From NCBI GenBank assembly GCA_002457555.1, contig NTJQ01000001.1:132420-196419 (forward strand): 64,000 nt of DNA, read 5' to 3'. Made by a program: the position numbers and the translations under genes. Positions 27,564 to 37,491 of the stretch are shown one piece after another (the stretch's first letter is position 1; every line of letters starts with the position of its first letter). Source of the stretch: Marine Group II euryarchaeote MED-G37. GTDB lineage: Archaea; Thermoplasmatota; Poseidoniia; Poseidoniales; Thalassarchaeaceae. The notes below the pieces were generated by a model. That model was not told the DNA's origin. It ran no database searches and worked only from the letters and a program-made list of their open reading frames with translations.

Positions 27564-29753
27564 ATGGCGAGCAGCAATTCATCATCGGCCTCTGACGAGG
27601 TTTTTCGAGCCCGCAGAATACCTGCCATAGCCCTAATTTTACCACTTCTGCTTTCCGTAGCAGCTCCGATTGCAATGGTTACTCCAGTATCCGCTCAAGA
27701 CGCCGAATCAGGACTTGCTCCCGATGACATATGGTCAGATGATTATGCTAATCAGATATTTCCTTGGGGGCCCCACGGTGATGTCGAAAAACTCCAGTTC
27801 CGTGAATACTATGATTACTTCACACTGAAAGAGAGAATGCAGACTTTGGCGGCCTACTACCCAGAATTCCTTCAGTTCCACGAGGGGCTTCTTGGTGGGG
27901 TAAACGCCCGTGGTGATGAAATGTCGTCGACAGAATATGAGGGCTGGTACTACAATCATCCCAGCCCGTGGATGAAGATTACTGGCAATGTCCAGGGCGG
28001 TGAATACAATGATTACAATAACGACGATGGTAATTACGCAGATCGCCCAGATGTCATGCTGGTTGGAAACCATCATGCTCGAGAATGGATGTCTTTCGAG
28101 GTGCCTATGCTTTTTCTTGAGACCGTTGCTTACTACTACGGTAAGGCTGCCATCGACAATGATGGCGACGGCTTGGTTGACGAAGATGGCTGGGATGGAA
28201 TTGACAATGACGGCGACTGTCTAAGTTTGGATACGTCATTACAAGATTACAACGGAGATGGAATTGCTTGTGGTCCCGGAGATTTAGGAGTTGACGAAGA
28301 TTTCTCGGAACAGTTCATCACAGACATGGTCAACACCCGTGAGATATACTTGATTCCAATGTTGAATACCGATGGAGTAAGGTATGATATGGAAGAGTAC
28401 TGCGGCCCTACTGCTTGGGAAAATTGCTATCGCAGTGGTTGGAGAAAGAATCTACGGGATAATACAGTTACCGGTGTTACCCCTCTACCGGATACCGACG
28501 AACAAGTAGACCCATCCTGTGACGGAGTTGACCTAAACCGTAACTACCAATTTGAGTGGGGCGCACCACTAGGCGCAACTGGCCCTCTATTTCCAGGTAT
28601 GTGCTATTCATCAGGTCCGAACAATGACGTCTATAATGGACCAGTGAATTATGAGGATAATGATGGAGACGGGTTAGTCAACGAGGATCATGTTGACGGT
28701 AAGGATGACGACGCTGATGGTCAAATCGATGAAGATTGGATGGGCGGAAATAGCGAGCCTGAAACCAAGTTCATCCAAGATTTGACTGAGATGAACGACG
28801 ATGATGGAGATGGTGCTTCCGATTTCAAATCCACTCTAACATGGCACTCTTACTCAGAACTTGTTTTGTGGCCCTGGGGTCACTGTACGAATTGTGATAA
28901 CCCAGACCAAGAATTTCTTGAATACCACGGTTACAAAATGGGTGATATGACTGAGTACGCCCCGATGCAATCATCTGACCTTTATCCTACAACCGGAGAC
29001 TTCTGTGATTGGCACTATGGGGTTCACAATTCATACTGCTACACTATGGAAATTGGTAATGCATTCCACGAATATCCCGAAGACATCGCCCACATCGCCG
29101 TCAGAAATCTAGGAGTTCCATTCTATATGGTTGAGATTGCCGACGATCCTCGATATAGAGCAATAGTAGGGATAGAGAATACTACCTCAACACAATGGCT
29201 TCAGGAACCAAGTAATGTGACGGTTCCGTCTAAAGGCGACATACCCATCTCAATGTGTCTAGACACGACCTTCCCCTTCACCCCTGATATCAATCGTACC
29301 CATCTTATGTGGAGATTCGTCGAACCAAATAGGCAACAGAATGACTACGGCCCAACTGAATGGGTCAATGTGGCTTGGAGCATGTCACCATTCATGGAGC
29401 CTGGAGAGCAGTGTGTACTGCTGGATGGTTCCAATGGGACTATGCTTGAGAGCCACATACCACTTCCAGATACATCTGTAGGCAAAATTCAGTACAAGGC
29501 AAAATTAGGAACTGTAAATGGTGCATTCCCATTCACATATCCTGACTCAGATACTGCAAATTATTACGAATTATCTATTCCTTATCGAGCGCCATTTGGT
29601 TCGGGAATACTTGCCTTGTTGATGTTCGCATTCATTGCAACTATGGTTTGGGGGGGACTCGGATTTACGCTAAGGGCAATGTTTGACGACGAGGGCGGAG
29701 TAATTGGTTTGCCCGATGATCAAAGTCACCTTATCGATGAGGAGGATATCTGA
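27564..29753 (+). CDS. membrane-anchored M14 zinc carboxypeptidase with Asp-rich Ca-binding-like inserts
   Basis: HHAREWMS (HxxE), NTDG, WRKN, GVDLNRNY, SEPET, WHSYSEL, YTMEIG; signal peptide from ATG 27564; C-terminal TM helix. Confidence 0.85.
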   Translation: MASSNSSSASDEVFRARRIPAIALILPLLLSVAAPIAMVTPVSAQDAESGLAPDDIWSDDYANQIFPWGPHGDVEKLQFREYYDYFTLKERMQTLAAYYPEFLQFHEGLLGGVNARGDEMSSTEYEGWYYNHPSPWMKITGNVQGGEYNDYNNDDGNYADRPDVMLVGNHHAREWMSFEVPMLFLETVAYYYGKAAIDNDGDGLVDEDGWDGIDNDGDCLSLDTSLQDYNGDGIACGPGDLGVDEDFSEQFITDMVNTREIYLIPMLNTDGVRYDMEEYCGPTAWENCYRSGWRKNLRDNTVTGVTPLPDTDEQVDPSCDGVDLNRNYQFEWGAPLGATGPLFPGMCYSSGPNNDVYNGPVNYEDNDGDGLVNEDHVDGKDDDADGQIDEDWMGGNSEPETKFIQDLTEMNDDDGDGASDFKSTLTWHSYSELVLWPWGHCTNCDNPDQEFLEYHGYKMGDMTEYAPMQSSDLYPTTGDFCDWHYGVHNSYCYTMEIGNAFHEYPEDIAHIAVRNLGVPFYMVEIADDPRYRAIVGIENTTSTQWLQEPSNVTVPSKGDIPISMCLDTTFPFTPDINRTHLMWRFVEPNRQQNDYGPTEWVNVAWSMSPFMEPGEQCVLLDGSNGTMLESHIPLPDTSVGKIQYKAKLGTVNGAFPFTYPDSDTANYYELSIPYRAPFGSGILALLMFAFIATMVWGGLGFTLRAMFDDEGGVIGLPDDQSHLIDEEDI

Positions 29754-31558
29754 TGGCAGAAGGTGGCTCGGACGAGTTTAGTGGCCGTTTAGGTCTAATT
29801 TTCGCAACTATTGGTGCAGCAATTGGTACGGGAAATATCTGGCGTTTCCCAAGAATGGTAGGTGCAAATGGCGGAGGTTCTTTCCTTGTTCCTTGGTTGA
29901 TTTTCCTATTCCTCTGGTCAGTTCCATTGATTATTGCTGAATTTGCTCTTGGAAAGCGAAGCCGAACAGGTACTGTTGGAACATTCCGTATTTTTGCAGG
30001 TAAGCGCTTTGCTTGGATGGGTCTCTGGACAGCATGGATTTCAACTGCGATAGGCTTCTATTATGCGGTAGTAACGGGCTGGTGCATCAATTACTTCCAG
30101 ACTGCAGTTAGAGGCGGATTAGGATCTGAGGTAGACACCGTAGAGGTGTGGAATACCTTCCTACAGAATCCTATGGAGGTGGTCTTCTTCCAAGCCATAG
30201 CTGTGGCAATCACCATGCTCGCAATTTGGAAAGGTGCGAAGGCTATCGAAAAGGTCAATGTCGGCTTGATGATATCTCTTTTCATTCTACTATTTGCTGC
30301 CCTATTCCTAGCATTCGTAATGGATCTTGAAGATGGTACTCTGGATGGGTTTGTGTATATGTTCAGTATTCAGCCAGAATATCTCGCCCAGCCGGAAACC
30401 TGGATTAACGGACTTTCCCAATCGGCTTGGTCATGTTCGGCTGGAATGGGTATGGCAATTACCTATTCTGTTTACATGAGAAAAGACGAGGATACAACGC
30501 TCAATGCCGCTACTATGTGCCTTGCAAACAATAGCATCTCAATCATTGCAGGTCTGACTGTGATGATGGCGGTCTTCGCTGTGGTTGATGATCCACTGGC
30601 TGCGGTTAGTGGCGGCAGCAGTGCAATCACCTTCCTAGTACTTCCAGAAGTCTTCGCGCAGGCCCCTGGTGGGCCTGTTGTGCAATTAGCGATGGTTACA
30701 ATGTTCTTCCTAGCGTTATCTTTTGCAGCCCTAACTTCGATGATATCAACAGTCGAGCTTTGCGTCAGAAACTTTGTCGATCACGGCATTGAGAGGCCTC
30801 AAGCGGTTGGATTTACCAGCCTTGCAATTTTCTTCTTTGGATTGCCGAGTGCAGCAACATGGATTTTGGTAGACGATGCAACGGGTGTTGCATTCCCACA
30901 ATTCCTAGAGGTTCAAGACCACATTTGGGGATATGGGCTAATGTTCAGCGGTCTTTTCATTGCGTACTCAATTTGGAAGTATGGCTGGAATCGCTATCGT
31001 GTATGGCAAGAAGAGAATGACATCTCTGGCTTCTCCCTGCAAGACTACCTAGACAATGGTGTATCCTCATTCCGTGATGATTTTATCAACACAGGAGACA
31101 ATGATTGGTGGATTGGAAAGTGGTGGGATTACATCATGTATCTTGGATTCCCACTGATGTTCAGCGTCTTGATTCTCTCATACTTTGCGGATATGTTAGC
31201 AAATGTAGACAACCCATGGGATCCAACAAACGCAAATGGGATATCCATAATTTTGCTATTCTGGGGAATAACCGCTGGCTTATTCATTGGACTTAATCGA
31301 TTTATCATAATCAATCGAATCGTTCCTACAAGCGGTAACCCTTGGCCACTGGCATTACTTTCAGGAAATTTCACACTAGAACCAAGACCACTTTACAGAA
31401 ATGTTCCCGAAGGCGCAGAAGCTCCAATCGATACCCTGCCTGGGGGGGAAGATCCATTCATTGTTGAGGCTGGAGAGGAACTACCCGAGACATTCGTTGA
31501 CGAATATGGGGAAACTAGACCACATACCGGTTCGAGTATTGAGGCCGAACTTGCATGA
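29753..31558 (+). CDS. sodium-dependent transporter, SNF/NSS family
   Basis: GTGNIWRFP signature, 11-12 TM; ATG overlaps the M14 stop (TGATG at 29751-29755), SD GAGGAGGA upstream. Confidence 0.9.
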   Translation: MAEGGSDEFSGRLGLIFATIGAAIGTGNIWRFPRMVGANGGGSFLVPWLIFLFLWSVPLIIAEFALGKRSRTGTVGTFRIFAGKRFAWMGLWTAWISTAIGFYYAVVTGWCINYFQTAVRGGLGSEVDTVEVWNTFLQNPMEVVFFQAIAVAITMLAIWKGAKAIEKVNVGLMISLFILLFAALFLAFVMDLEDGTLDGFVYMFSIQPEYLAQPETWINGLSQSAWSCSAGMGMAITYSVYMRKDEDTTLNAATMCLANNSISIIAGLTVMMAVFAVVDDPLAAVSGGSSAITFLVLPEVFAQAPGGPVVQLAMVTMFFLALSFAALTSMISTVELCVRNFVDHGIERPQAVGFTSLAIFFFGLPSAATWILVDDATGVAFPQFLEVQDHIWGYGLMFSGLFIAYSIWKYGWNRYRVWQEENDISGFSLQDYLDNGVSSFRDDFINTGDNDWWIGKWWDYIMYLGFPLMFSVLILSYFADMLANVDNPWDPTNANGISIILLFWGITAGLFIGLNRFIIINRIVPTSGNPWPLALLSGNFTLEPRPLYRNVPEGAEAPIDTLPGGEDPFIVEAGEELPETFVDEYGETRPHTGSSIEAELA

Positions 31559-31567
31559 GGGAATAGT

Positions 31568-32041
31568 TTGCTTGTCAGCGAGGACTATCCTTGGGCTAAA
31601 TTATTTCGCGAATATGTGATGTACTGTTCGGTTGGTTGCATTAATGTTGTAATATTTGCTGTACTATATTGGATATTTTCCAATTACCTGACCCTTACGA
31701 GTTCCCCAGAAACCTTTGGTTGGGCGGTATCATTTGCAATTAGTTGTCTGCAAGCATATGTTTTACATCGATGGTTGACCTTCGAATCCGATTCAAACAT
31801 TCGTACTAGTTTTACTAAAATGATGATAGTGTATTCGATTTTATGGGTGGTATCTACATTCACATTCTACATCTTTGTAGAGATAATTGAATGGGGCGAA
31901 TTAATGTCTTGGGCAATCAATACATCTGCCTTCGGATTCCTAACATTTGTTGGTCTTAGATTCTATGCATTTCCGCTATCTGACGGTCGAGTGACTAGGG
32001 CGGAACGGCTTGAAACCTTCCGTGAGAGCCGTAGGGCTTGA
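31568..32041 (+). CDS. GtrA-family membrane protein
   Basis: 4 TM; REYVMYCSVGCINVVIF N-terminal pattern typical of GtrA; TTG start. Confidence 0.65.
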   Translation: MLVSEDYPWAKLFREYVMYCSVGCINVVIFAVLYWIFSNYLTLTSSPETFGWAVSFAISCLQAYVLHRWLTFESDSNIRTSFTKMMIVYSILWVVSTFTFYIFVEIIEWGELMSWAINTSAFGFLTFVGLRFYAFPLSDGRVTRAERLETFRESRRA

Positions 32042-32067
32042 AGAATGAATGATGGCCCCTGCGTGAT

Positions 32068-33324
32068 ATGGCTCAGGGGGTTCGAGGAACTCGGGATTTC
32101 TATCCTGAGGATATGCGGCTTCGCAATTGGCTCTTTGAGCGCTTCCACTCAGCCGCACGCTCTCACGGATTTGAGGAATATGATGCTCCCGTTTTAGAGA
32201 GTGAAGAGTTGTATACCCGAAAGGCTGGAGAAGAAATTGTCGGTCAACTGTATAATTTCGAAGACAAAGGTGGAAGAAAAGTTGCCCTAAGGCCGGAAAT
32301 GACTCCTTCCTTAGCCCGAATGGTAATGGCTAGAGCCGGGGCTCTTGCGCTACCAATCAAGTGGTATTCTATCCCGCAATGTTGGAGATATGAAAGAACT
32401 CAGAGAGGCAGGGGTCGTGAACATTACCAATGGAATGTCGATATTTGGGGAATGAATGGAGTAGAGGCCGATGCAGAGTTGCTTTCAATTCTTGTACAAT
32501 TTTTCGATTCTGTGGGTCTAAGTTCAGAAGATTTAGTCATCCGAATCAGCAGTCGTAAAGTGCTTGAAGAGGTTCTAGGATCTCTTGGCATAGAAGGAGA
32601 GATCTTTGCACAAACATGTGTTATCGTCGATAAAATGGACAAATTACCCGCAGATGTAATAGAGGCGCAGTTAAGCGATTTAGGACTAGCATCTGAGTCT
32701 ATCTCGACCATACGATCAGTACTTGGAATTACAGATCTCCAATCTCTTTCTTCTGCTCTTAACTCTGATAGTGAGGCATTAATCGAATTGCAATCTTTGT
32801 TCTCTTTGTGTGATTCTTACGGTATTTCAGATTGGGTAGCATTCGATGCTTCTGTAGTCCGAGGTCTTGCTTACTATACTGGACCTGTGTTTGAGGCACA
32901 TGACAGAGCCAGCAACCTACGCGCAATATGTGGAGGTGGACGCTACGACAAACTCATCAGTAGCTTAGGTGGAAACGATTTACCCGCTACTGGTTTTGGT
33001 TTTGGTGATATGGTGGTCATGGAGCTTCTTGCCGACAAAGGGTTAGCCCCTGAATTATCCACTGGAGTTGGCGATGTTGTATTTGGCATGGGAGCAGAAC
33101 TTCGTGGTGCAGCAATGCAGGTTACTGCGAAATTACGCTCTGTTGGTCGAACTGTCGATCTTGTTCTTGAAGATAAGAAAATGAAATGGGTATTCAAGCA
33201 CGCAGAACGTTGTGGAGCATCACGATTAGTCATGGTAATGCCCGACGAATGGGCTGATGGCAAAGTTCGCATCAAGAATCTAGATACTGGTGAGGAATCT
33301 ACAGTAGCAATGGAAGATTTGTGA
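32068..33324 (+). CDS. hisS: histidine--tRNA ligase
   Basis: RGTRDFYPEDM, class II motifs (RYERTQRGRGREHYQ, GGGRYD). Confidence 0.92.
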   Translation: MAQGVRGTRDFYPEDMRLRNWLFERFHSAARSHGFEEYDAPVLESEELYTRKAGEEIVGQLYNFEDKGGRKVALRPEMTPSLARMVMARAGALALPIKWYSIPQCWRYERTQRGRGREHYQWNVDIWGMNGVEADAELLSILVQFFDSVGLSSEDLVIRISSRKVLEEVLGSLGIEGEIFAQTCVIVDKMDKLPADVIEAQLSDLGLASESISTIRSVLGITDLQSLSSALNSDSEALIELQSLFSLCDSYGISDWVAFDASVVRGLAYYTGPVFEAHDRASNLRAICGGGRYDKLISSLGGNDLPATGFGFGDMVVMELLADKGLAPELSTGVGDVVFGMGAELRGAAMQVTAKLRSVGRTVDLVLEDKKMKWVFKHAERCGASRLVMVMPDEWADGKVRIKNLDTGEESTVAMEDL

Positions 33325-33327
33325 AGA

Positions 33328-34146
33328 TTATTCTTCACGTTTTGAACCGGCTATTGCTGCCATTGCTAGTGCGCCAAGACCTGCTGCTAGTCCGAACCCT
33401 GGAAGGCTATCCCCGACTGCTCCACCAAGAAGACCACCACCACCACCACCATCTCCTGGTCCTGTTTCAGTTAGGTTGACGATTGGGAAGGTTGCCTCAA
33501 CAGTGTAATTGTCTGGATTGTCGGAGTAGTAGAACCTAAACCACCCTCCACATAGGAATATCAAGCAGCTAAATGCCGAATATCCAGGTTTGGAGAATTC
33601 AACTTGCAGAGTGGGTTCTTCTCCAGACTTATTCCAAGAGGTCATATTTTCTGCAACTGGAATTTCCCATCGAAGATTTTCATCTGCATCACTACCTCCA
33701 ATTTGAGGAAATTCTTCTTTGGCAACCGGAATAGTTCCTTTGAACAGGGTTAAGGTTAGGTCTTGACATTCTTGAGTGTCGGTACAGTCAGTATGTTCAA
33801 TTTGGAATTCGAGCTCCAAAACAATGGAAGAATTGGGATTGAGATACATATTTTCTTTGAATGTCTCACCTGATTGTATCCGGCAGGTAAAGTCGATATC
33901 AACTTGTTCACCATTTCCAGTAAATTCCTTCTCACCATATCCATCTTGAGACGAACCATCAGAGCCGTTTCGGTCGAAATGAGTCCAGCATTGGTCCATT
34001 TGGCTGGTTCCCCAAAAATGCATGTGAGGATTATCGACAGATGGCTGCTTCGGGTCAGTAGTTTGAGCGCTAGCGGGAGCGGCTACACTACTGCTCAACA
34101 TTATGAGAACGAGGCACAAAGCCTGCAGTCTTCGACCAGCCATCAT
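33328..34146 (-). CDS. secreted glycoprotein candidate with PGF-CTERM archaeal sorting signal
   Basis: Signal peptide, six N-x-S/T sequons, Gly6 linker, then LPGFGLAAGLGALAMAAIAGSKREE at the C-terminus. Confidence 0.6.
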   Translation of the reverse strand: MMAGRRLQALCLVLIMLSSSVAAPASAQTTDPKQPSVDNPHMHFWGTSQMDQCWTHFDRNGSDGSSQDGYGEKEFTGNGEQVDIDFTCRIQSGETFKENMYLNPNSSIVLELEFQIEHTDCTDTQECQDLTLTLFKGTIPVAKEEFPQIGGSDADENLRWEIPVAENMTSWNKSGEEPTLQVEFSKPGYSAFSCLIFLCGGWFRFYYSDNPDNYTVEATFPIVNLTETGPGDGGGGGGLLGGAVGDSLPGFGLAAGLGALAMAAIAGSKREE

Positions 34147-34229
34147 GACATGCCGTCTCCATATGTCCGGTTTGAGGCTTTGCCCGATTTGATACTCTCT
34201 AGCGAGAGAAGGATTGGATTACCAAATGC

Positions 34230-35357
34230 TCAATCAAATCGCTGAAGGTTTCCACCATCACGATTTCCACCATGTCTAGCGATATTTAGTGCGTCACCCA
34301 AAGAATCTGCGCTCATGATTTCACGATCGAGTCGTTCCGAAGCAACCCCTGTAATGATTGACATGACCTTGATAGTGTCGCCAAATGCAGGATCTTGGCG
34401 CGCCCCGAAGATAACATTCGCATCCGGCGATAAGCGCGCAGTCATCAAGTCACAAACTTGGTTCGCTTGTTCGAGAGTCATGTAAGGTCCACCTGTGACA
34501 TGAATCAATGCTCCAGTCGCGCCATCGATATCGATATCGAGCAATGGGTGGTTCAGGGCTTCATGGACCACATCCTCTGGACCTTGTTCACTCTCTCCGT
34601 AAAGCATCATAGTGACTCCTCCGTTCTTCATGATGGCTCTAACGTCTGCAAAGTCTAGGTTGATTAGACTTGGAAGAGTAATTGTCTCGACAATTCCCTT
34701 GACTATTTCTGCAATCAACTGGTCCATGATTGAGAAAGCCTCGTCGAGGGGAAGATTCGGGACGTAATGCAACAATCTATTGTTATCCAAAACTAGAACC
34801 GCATCTGCAGCTTTTCGGAGTAGGTCGAGTCCTTCCAGAGCTCTTTGCATTCTCATCCGGCGCTCTACTGAGAAAGGAGTTGTAACGATTGCAACAACAA
34901 GAGCACCGGAACGCTTAGCCTCTTCTGCGACTATTGGAGCGATACCAGTGCCTGTTCCTCCACCAAGTCCAGCGGTCACGAATACCAAATCAGCCCCGTT
35001 TACAATGCGGGTGATTACATCTCTTCCGGCTTCTGCGCATCTACGTCCAGTGATTGGATCTCCTCCTGCACCCAGACCTCGAGTAATGTGCCGGCCAACT
35101 AACAATTTTTGTTGCGCTCTTGTGTGATCTAGATGTTGTTTATCGGTGTTGATCGCGACAGTTATCGCGCCCTCAACTCCAATGTGAGTGATTCGATTCA
35201 TGGTATTGTTTCCAGAACCTCCGCAACCGCATACCAATATGCGAGGATCTGGAGGTCCAAAAGACTCCAACTCGCGGTCTGTTAAGGCGGTGGGAATTCT
35301 TTCTGCGGCAGTAGTGGTAGACCCTTCGCTCAACCCTGCCGACGAACCGCTCCCCAT
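34230..35357 (-). CDS. ftsZ: cell division GTPase FtsZ
   Basis: GCGGSGNNTMNR and GLGGGTGTG tubulin signature; ATG 35357 has GGAGG 7 nt upstream; the ORF extends to a TTG at 35411. Confidence 0.92.
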   Translation of the reverse strand: MGSGSSAGLSEGSTTTAAERIPTALTDRELESFGPPDPRILVCGCGGSGNNTMNRITHIGVEGAITVAINTDKQHLDHTRAQQKLLVGRHITRGLGAGGDPITGRRCAEAGRDVITRIVNGADLVFVTAGLGGGTGTGIAPIVAEEAKRSGALVVAIVTTPFSVERRMRMQRALEGLDLLRKAADAVLVLDNNRLLHYVPNLPLDEAFSIMDQLIAEIVKGIVETITLPSLINLDFADVRAIMKNGGVTMMLYGESEQGPEDVVHEALNHPLLDIDIDGATGALIHVTGGPYMTLEQANQVCDLMTARLSPDANVIFGARQDPAFGDTIKVMSIITGVASERLDREIMSADSLGDALNIARHGGNRDGGNLQRFD

Positions 35358-35535
35358 TGTATGTCCTCCGTGCATCCCTTGGGCATAGCGCCCTACGTCA
35401 TCGCAGTGCAATTTCTAGCCTTCTTAACCGTTGAGGGCATAGATGGGGTTGAGGATGCGATTATCGGAGTCTAGATGTTTGGCCGAAATGCCTCCGGAAA
35501 GCGAGATAAACAGGAGGTCGCCCGAACAGTTCGTG

Positions 35536-35640
35536 CCGCGCTTAGCTCAGTTGGCTAGAGCACCTGACTGTAGACTGGAAACACATTGGTTGTAGGCAGC
35601 CATCAGGGGGTCCCCGGTTCAAGTCCGGGAGCGCGGACCA
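35536..35640 (+). tRNA. tRNA-Tyr (GUA) with 28-nt intron at the canonical 37/38 position, CCA encoded
   Basis: Hand-folded cloverleaf: acceptor CCGCGCT/AGCGCGG (C1-G72), D stem GCTC/GAGC, anticodon stem CCTGA/TCAGG, anticodon GTA 35570-35572, intron 35574-35601. Variable loop is 5 nt, T arm CCCGG-TTCAAGT-CCGGG, discriminator A. Confidence 0.85.
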
Positions 35641-35732
35641 ATAATTCCTATTAATGCAAATTTCATGTTAATTTTCATTCCCAAAATTGCTGCACCGAAA
35701 GACTATATGCTCTACAAATTTGTTGGGAAACC

Positions 35733-37487
35733 ATGTCATTAGCACCATTAGACTACGACTTTGGAAATGAATCAAACTATTCTTTCGCAGCCTCCGTGAC
35801 CTGCAAAGATGAAAATACGCGGAAGATGTTTGTAGAAGGATACGGACATATGCTGAACTACAACCATGAACAAGCGATTGCTTGCTTCAGTAAATGTACA
35901 GAGTTAGATCCTAATTGCGCTATGGCTTGGTGGGGCATCGCTTATTGTGTATCTTCGAATTATAACTGGGCTCCGGGACTGGGTTCCGGTCATGACGCAA
36001 TCCAACAAGCCCTGTCGGTAATGGGGCATTGCACCGAGTTGGAACAGGATTTGATTCAAGCCCTTTCAACAAGACATTCTGCGGAAGCAAGAGATGCAGC
36101 TGATCCTTCAGTCCTAAACATGGGAAATAGTCCAGAATTGAATGTTGCCTTTGCAGAAGCAATGGCTCCTCTGTACGAAAAATATGAAGGAAATTTGGAC
36201 GTCACTTCAATTTACATCGAGGCTCTCATGAATCTGAAAGCGTGGCAACTTTGGGACAAAGATGCATCAACAGGAGAAATAACACCTGCCGATGACAACA
36301 CGCTATTACTTGTCGAGGTTATGGAAAAGGCGTTCGAAAGTGGCGAAGAAGCGAAAGTACATCCTGCACTTTGTCACTTGTACTGTCACGCCTTAGAACT
36401 GTCACCATTCCCTGAAAGGGCTCTACCTGCAGCTGATGTTCTTCGAACTAAAATGCCAGGTCTTGGACATCTAGTTCACATGCCGTCGCACATTGATGCG
36501 TGGGTAGGGCAATGGAAAGAAGCCATTGACTGTAATATCGCTGCAGTTGAAGCCGACGATAGATATGTAGAAATCACCGGTAATGAGTCTCAATTTTACA
36601 AGTTCTATCGAATGCACAACCATCATTTCGTTGTCTGGTGCGCTATGTTTGAGGGGCAATATGAAACGGCTCTAAAATATGCCAGGAAGGCAGTTGAGAC
36701 ATTACCGGCAGGAGATGAAAATGGCGGAGTACAGTTCATGCTAGCTGGAATCATACCAATGGGTGCAATTTTCTTGGAATCCTATGTCACTATGCCATGG
36801 CATGTAATGATTAGATTCGGAAAGTGGGATGAGATATTGGCAGAACCAATGTATACCGATGGTGATGTATTCCCAGCAACAATTGCTACGCAGCATTACG
36901 CACGCGGTGTTGCTTATGCCTCTAAGGGCATGGTACCTGAGGCAGAAGCAGAACAAGCACTGTTCAAGGAAGCCCTGCAAAACCCAGCTCTAGCAGGAAG
37001 AATGATGCATAACAATTTCATGTATCAAGATCCAGCAGAAGGCCCATCGATTCTGAATGTTAATGCTTCAATTTTAGAAGCAGAAATCGAGTACAGAAGA
37101 CAATACCTTGCTAAAGAAAATGGCGCGGATTTCGATTTCACCGCAGCATTCGAAGAACTCCGCCGTGGTGTAGATTTGTCATTGAATCTAGCTTACAATG
37201 AGCCTTGGGGGCAAATGCAACCAGTTCGTCACATATTGGGTGCATTGCTCTTTGAGCAGGGTCACGTTGAGGAAGCGGAGGAAGTATACCGTGCAGACAT
37301 TGAACTTTGGAAAGACAACATGTGGGGCTTGTTGGGTCTCAAATTATGCCTCGAAGCAAAGGGAGACTCCGAAGAAGAACTTGCAGAGGTAACTGCATTG
37401 TTCAATGAACGCAGTTCTCGTGCGGATATTGTGCCCGCCAAGACATGTTTCTGTGCACAAGATGCATTGGATGAGAGTTGTTGCTGA
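35733..37487 (+). CDS. TPR-like helical repeat protein
   Basis: EQAIACFSKCTELDPNCAMAWWGIAYC and further TPR-like helices; Cys-rich C-terminal end; function unknown. Confidence 0.55.
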   Translation: MSLAPLDYDFGNESNYSFAASVTCKDENTRKMFVEGYGHMLNYNHEQAIACFSKCTELDPNCAMAWWGIAYCVSSNYNWAPGLGSGHDAIQQALSVMGHCTELEQDLIQALSTRHSAEARDAADPSVLNMGNSPELNVAFAEAMAPLYEKYEGNLDVTSIYIEALMNLKAWQLWDKDASTGEITPADDNTLLLVEVMEKAFESGEEAKVHPALCHLYCHALELSPFPERALPAADVLRTKMPGLGHLVHMPSHIDAWVGQWKEAIDCNIAAVEADDRYVEITGNESQFYKFYRMHNHHFVVWCAMFEGQYETALKYARKAVETLPAGDENGGVQFMLAGIIPMGAIFLESYVTMPWHVMIRFGKWDEILAEPMYTDGDVFPATIATQHYARGVAYASKGMVPEAEAEQALFKEALQNPALAGRMMHNNFMYQDPAEGPSILNVNASILEAEIEYRRQYLAKENGADFDFTAAFEELRRGVDLSLNLAYNEPWGQMQPVRHILGALLFEQGHVEEAEEVYRADIELWKDNMWGLLGLKLCLEAKGDSEEELAEVTALFNERSSRADIVPAKTCFCAQDALDESCC

Positions 37488-37491
37488 GTAG

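Noticed and set aside
29575-29753. C-terminus of the M14 peptidase as a second PGF-CTERM signal
   Set aside because: The motif is PFG, not PGF. The hydrophobic helix is followed by a roughly 30-residue acidic tail, so it is not at the extreme C-terminus. A plain TM anchor is the simpler reading.
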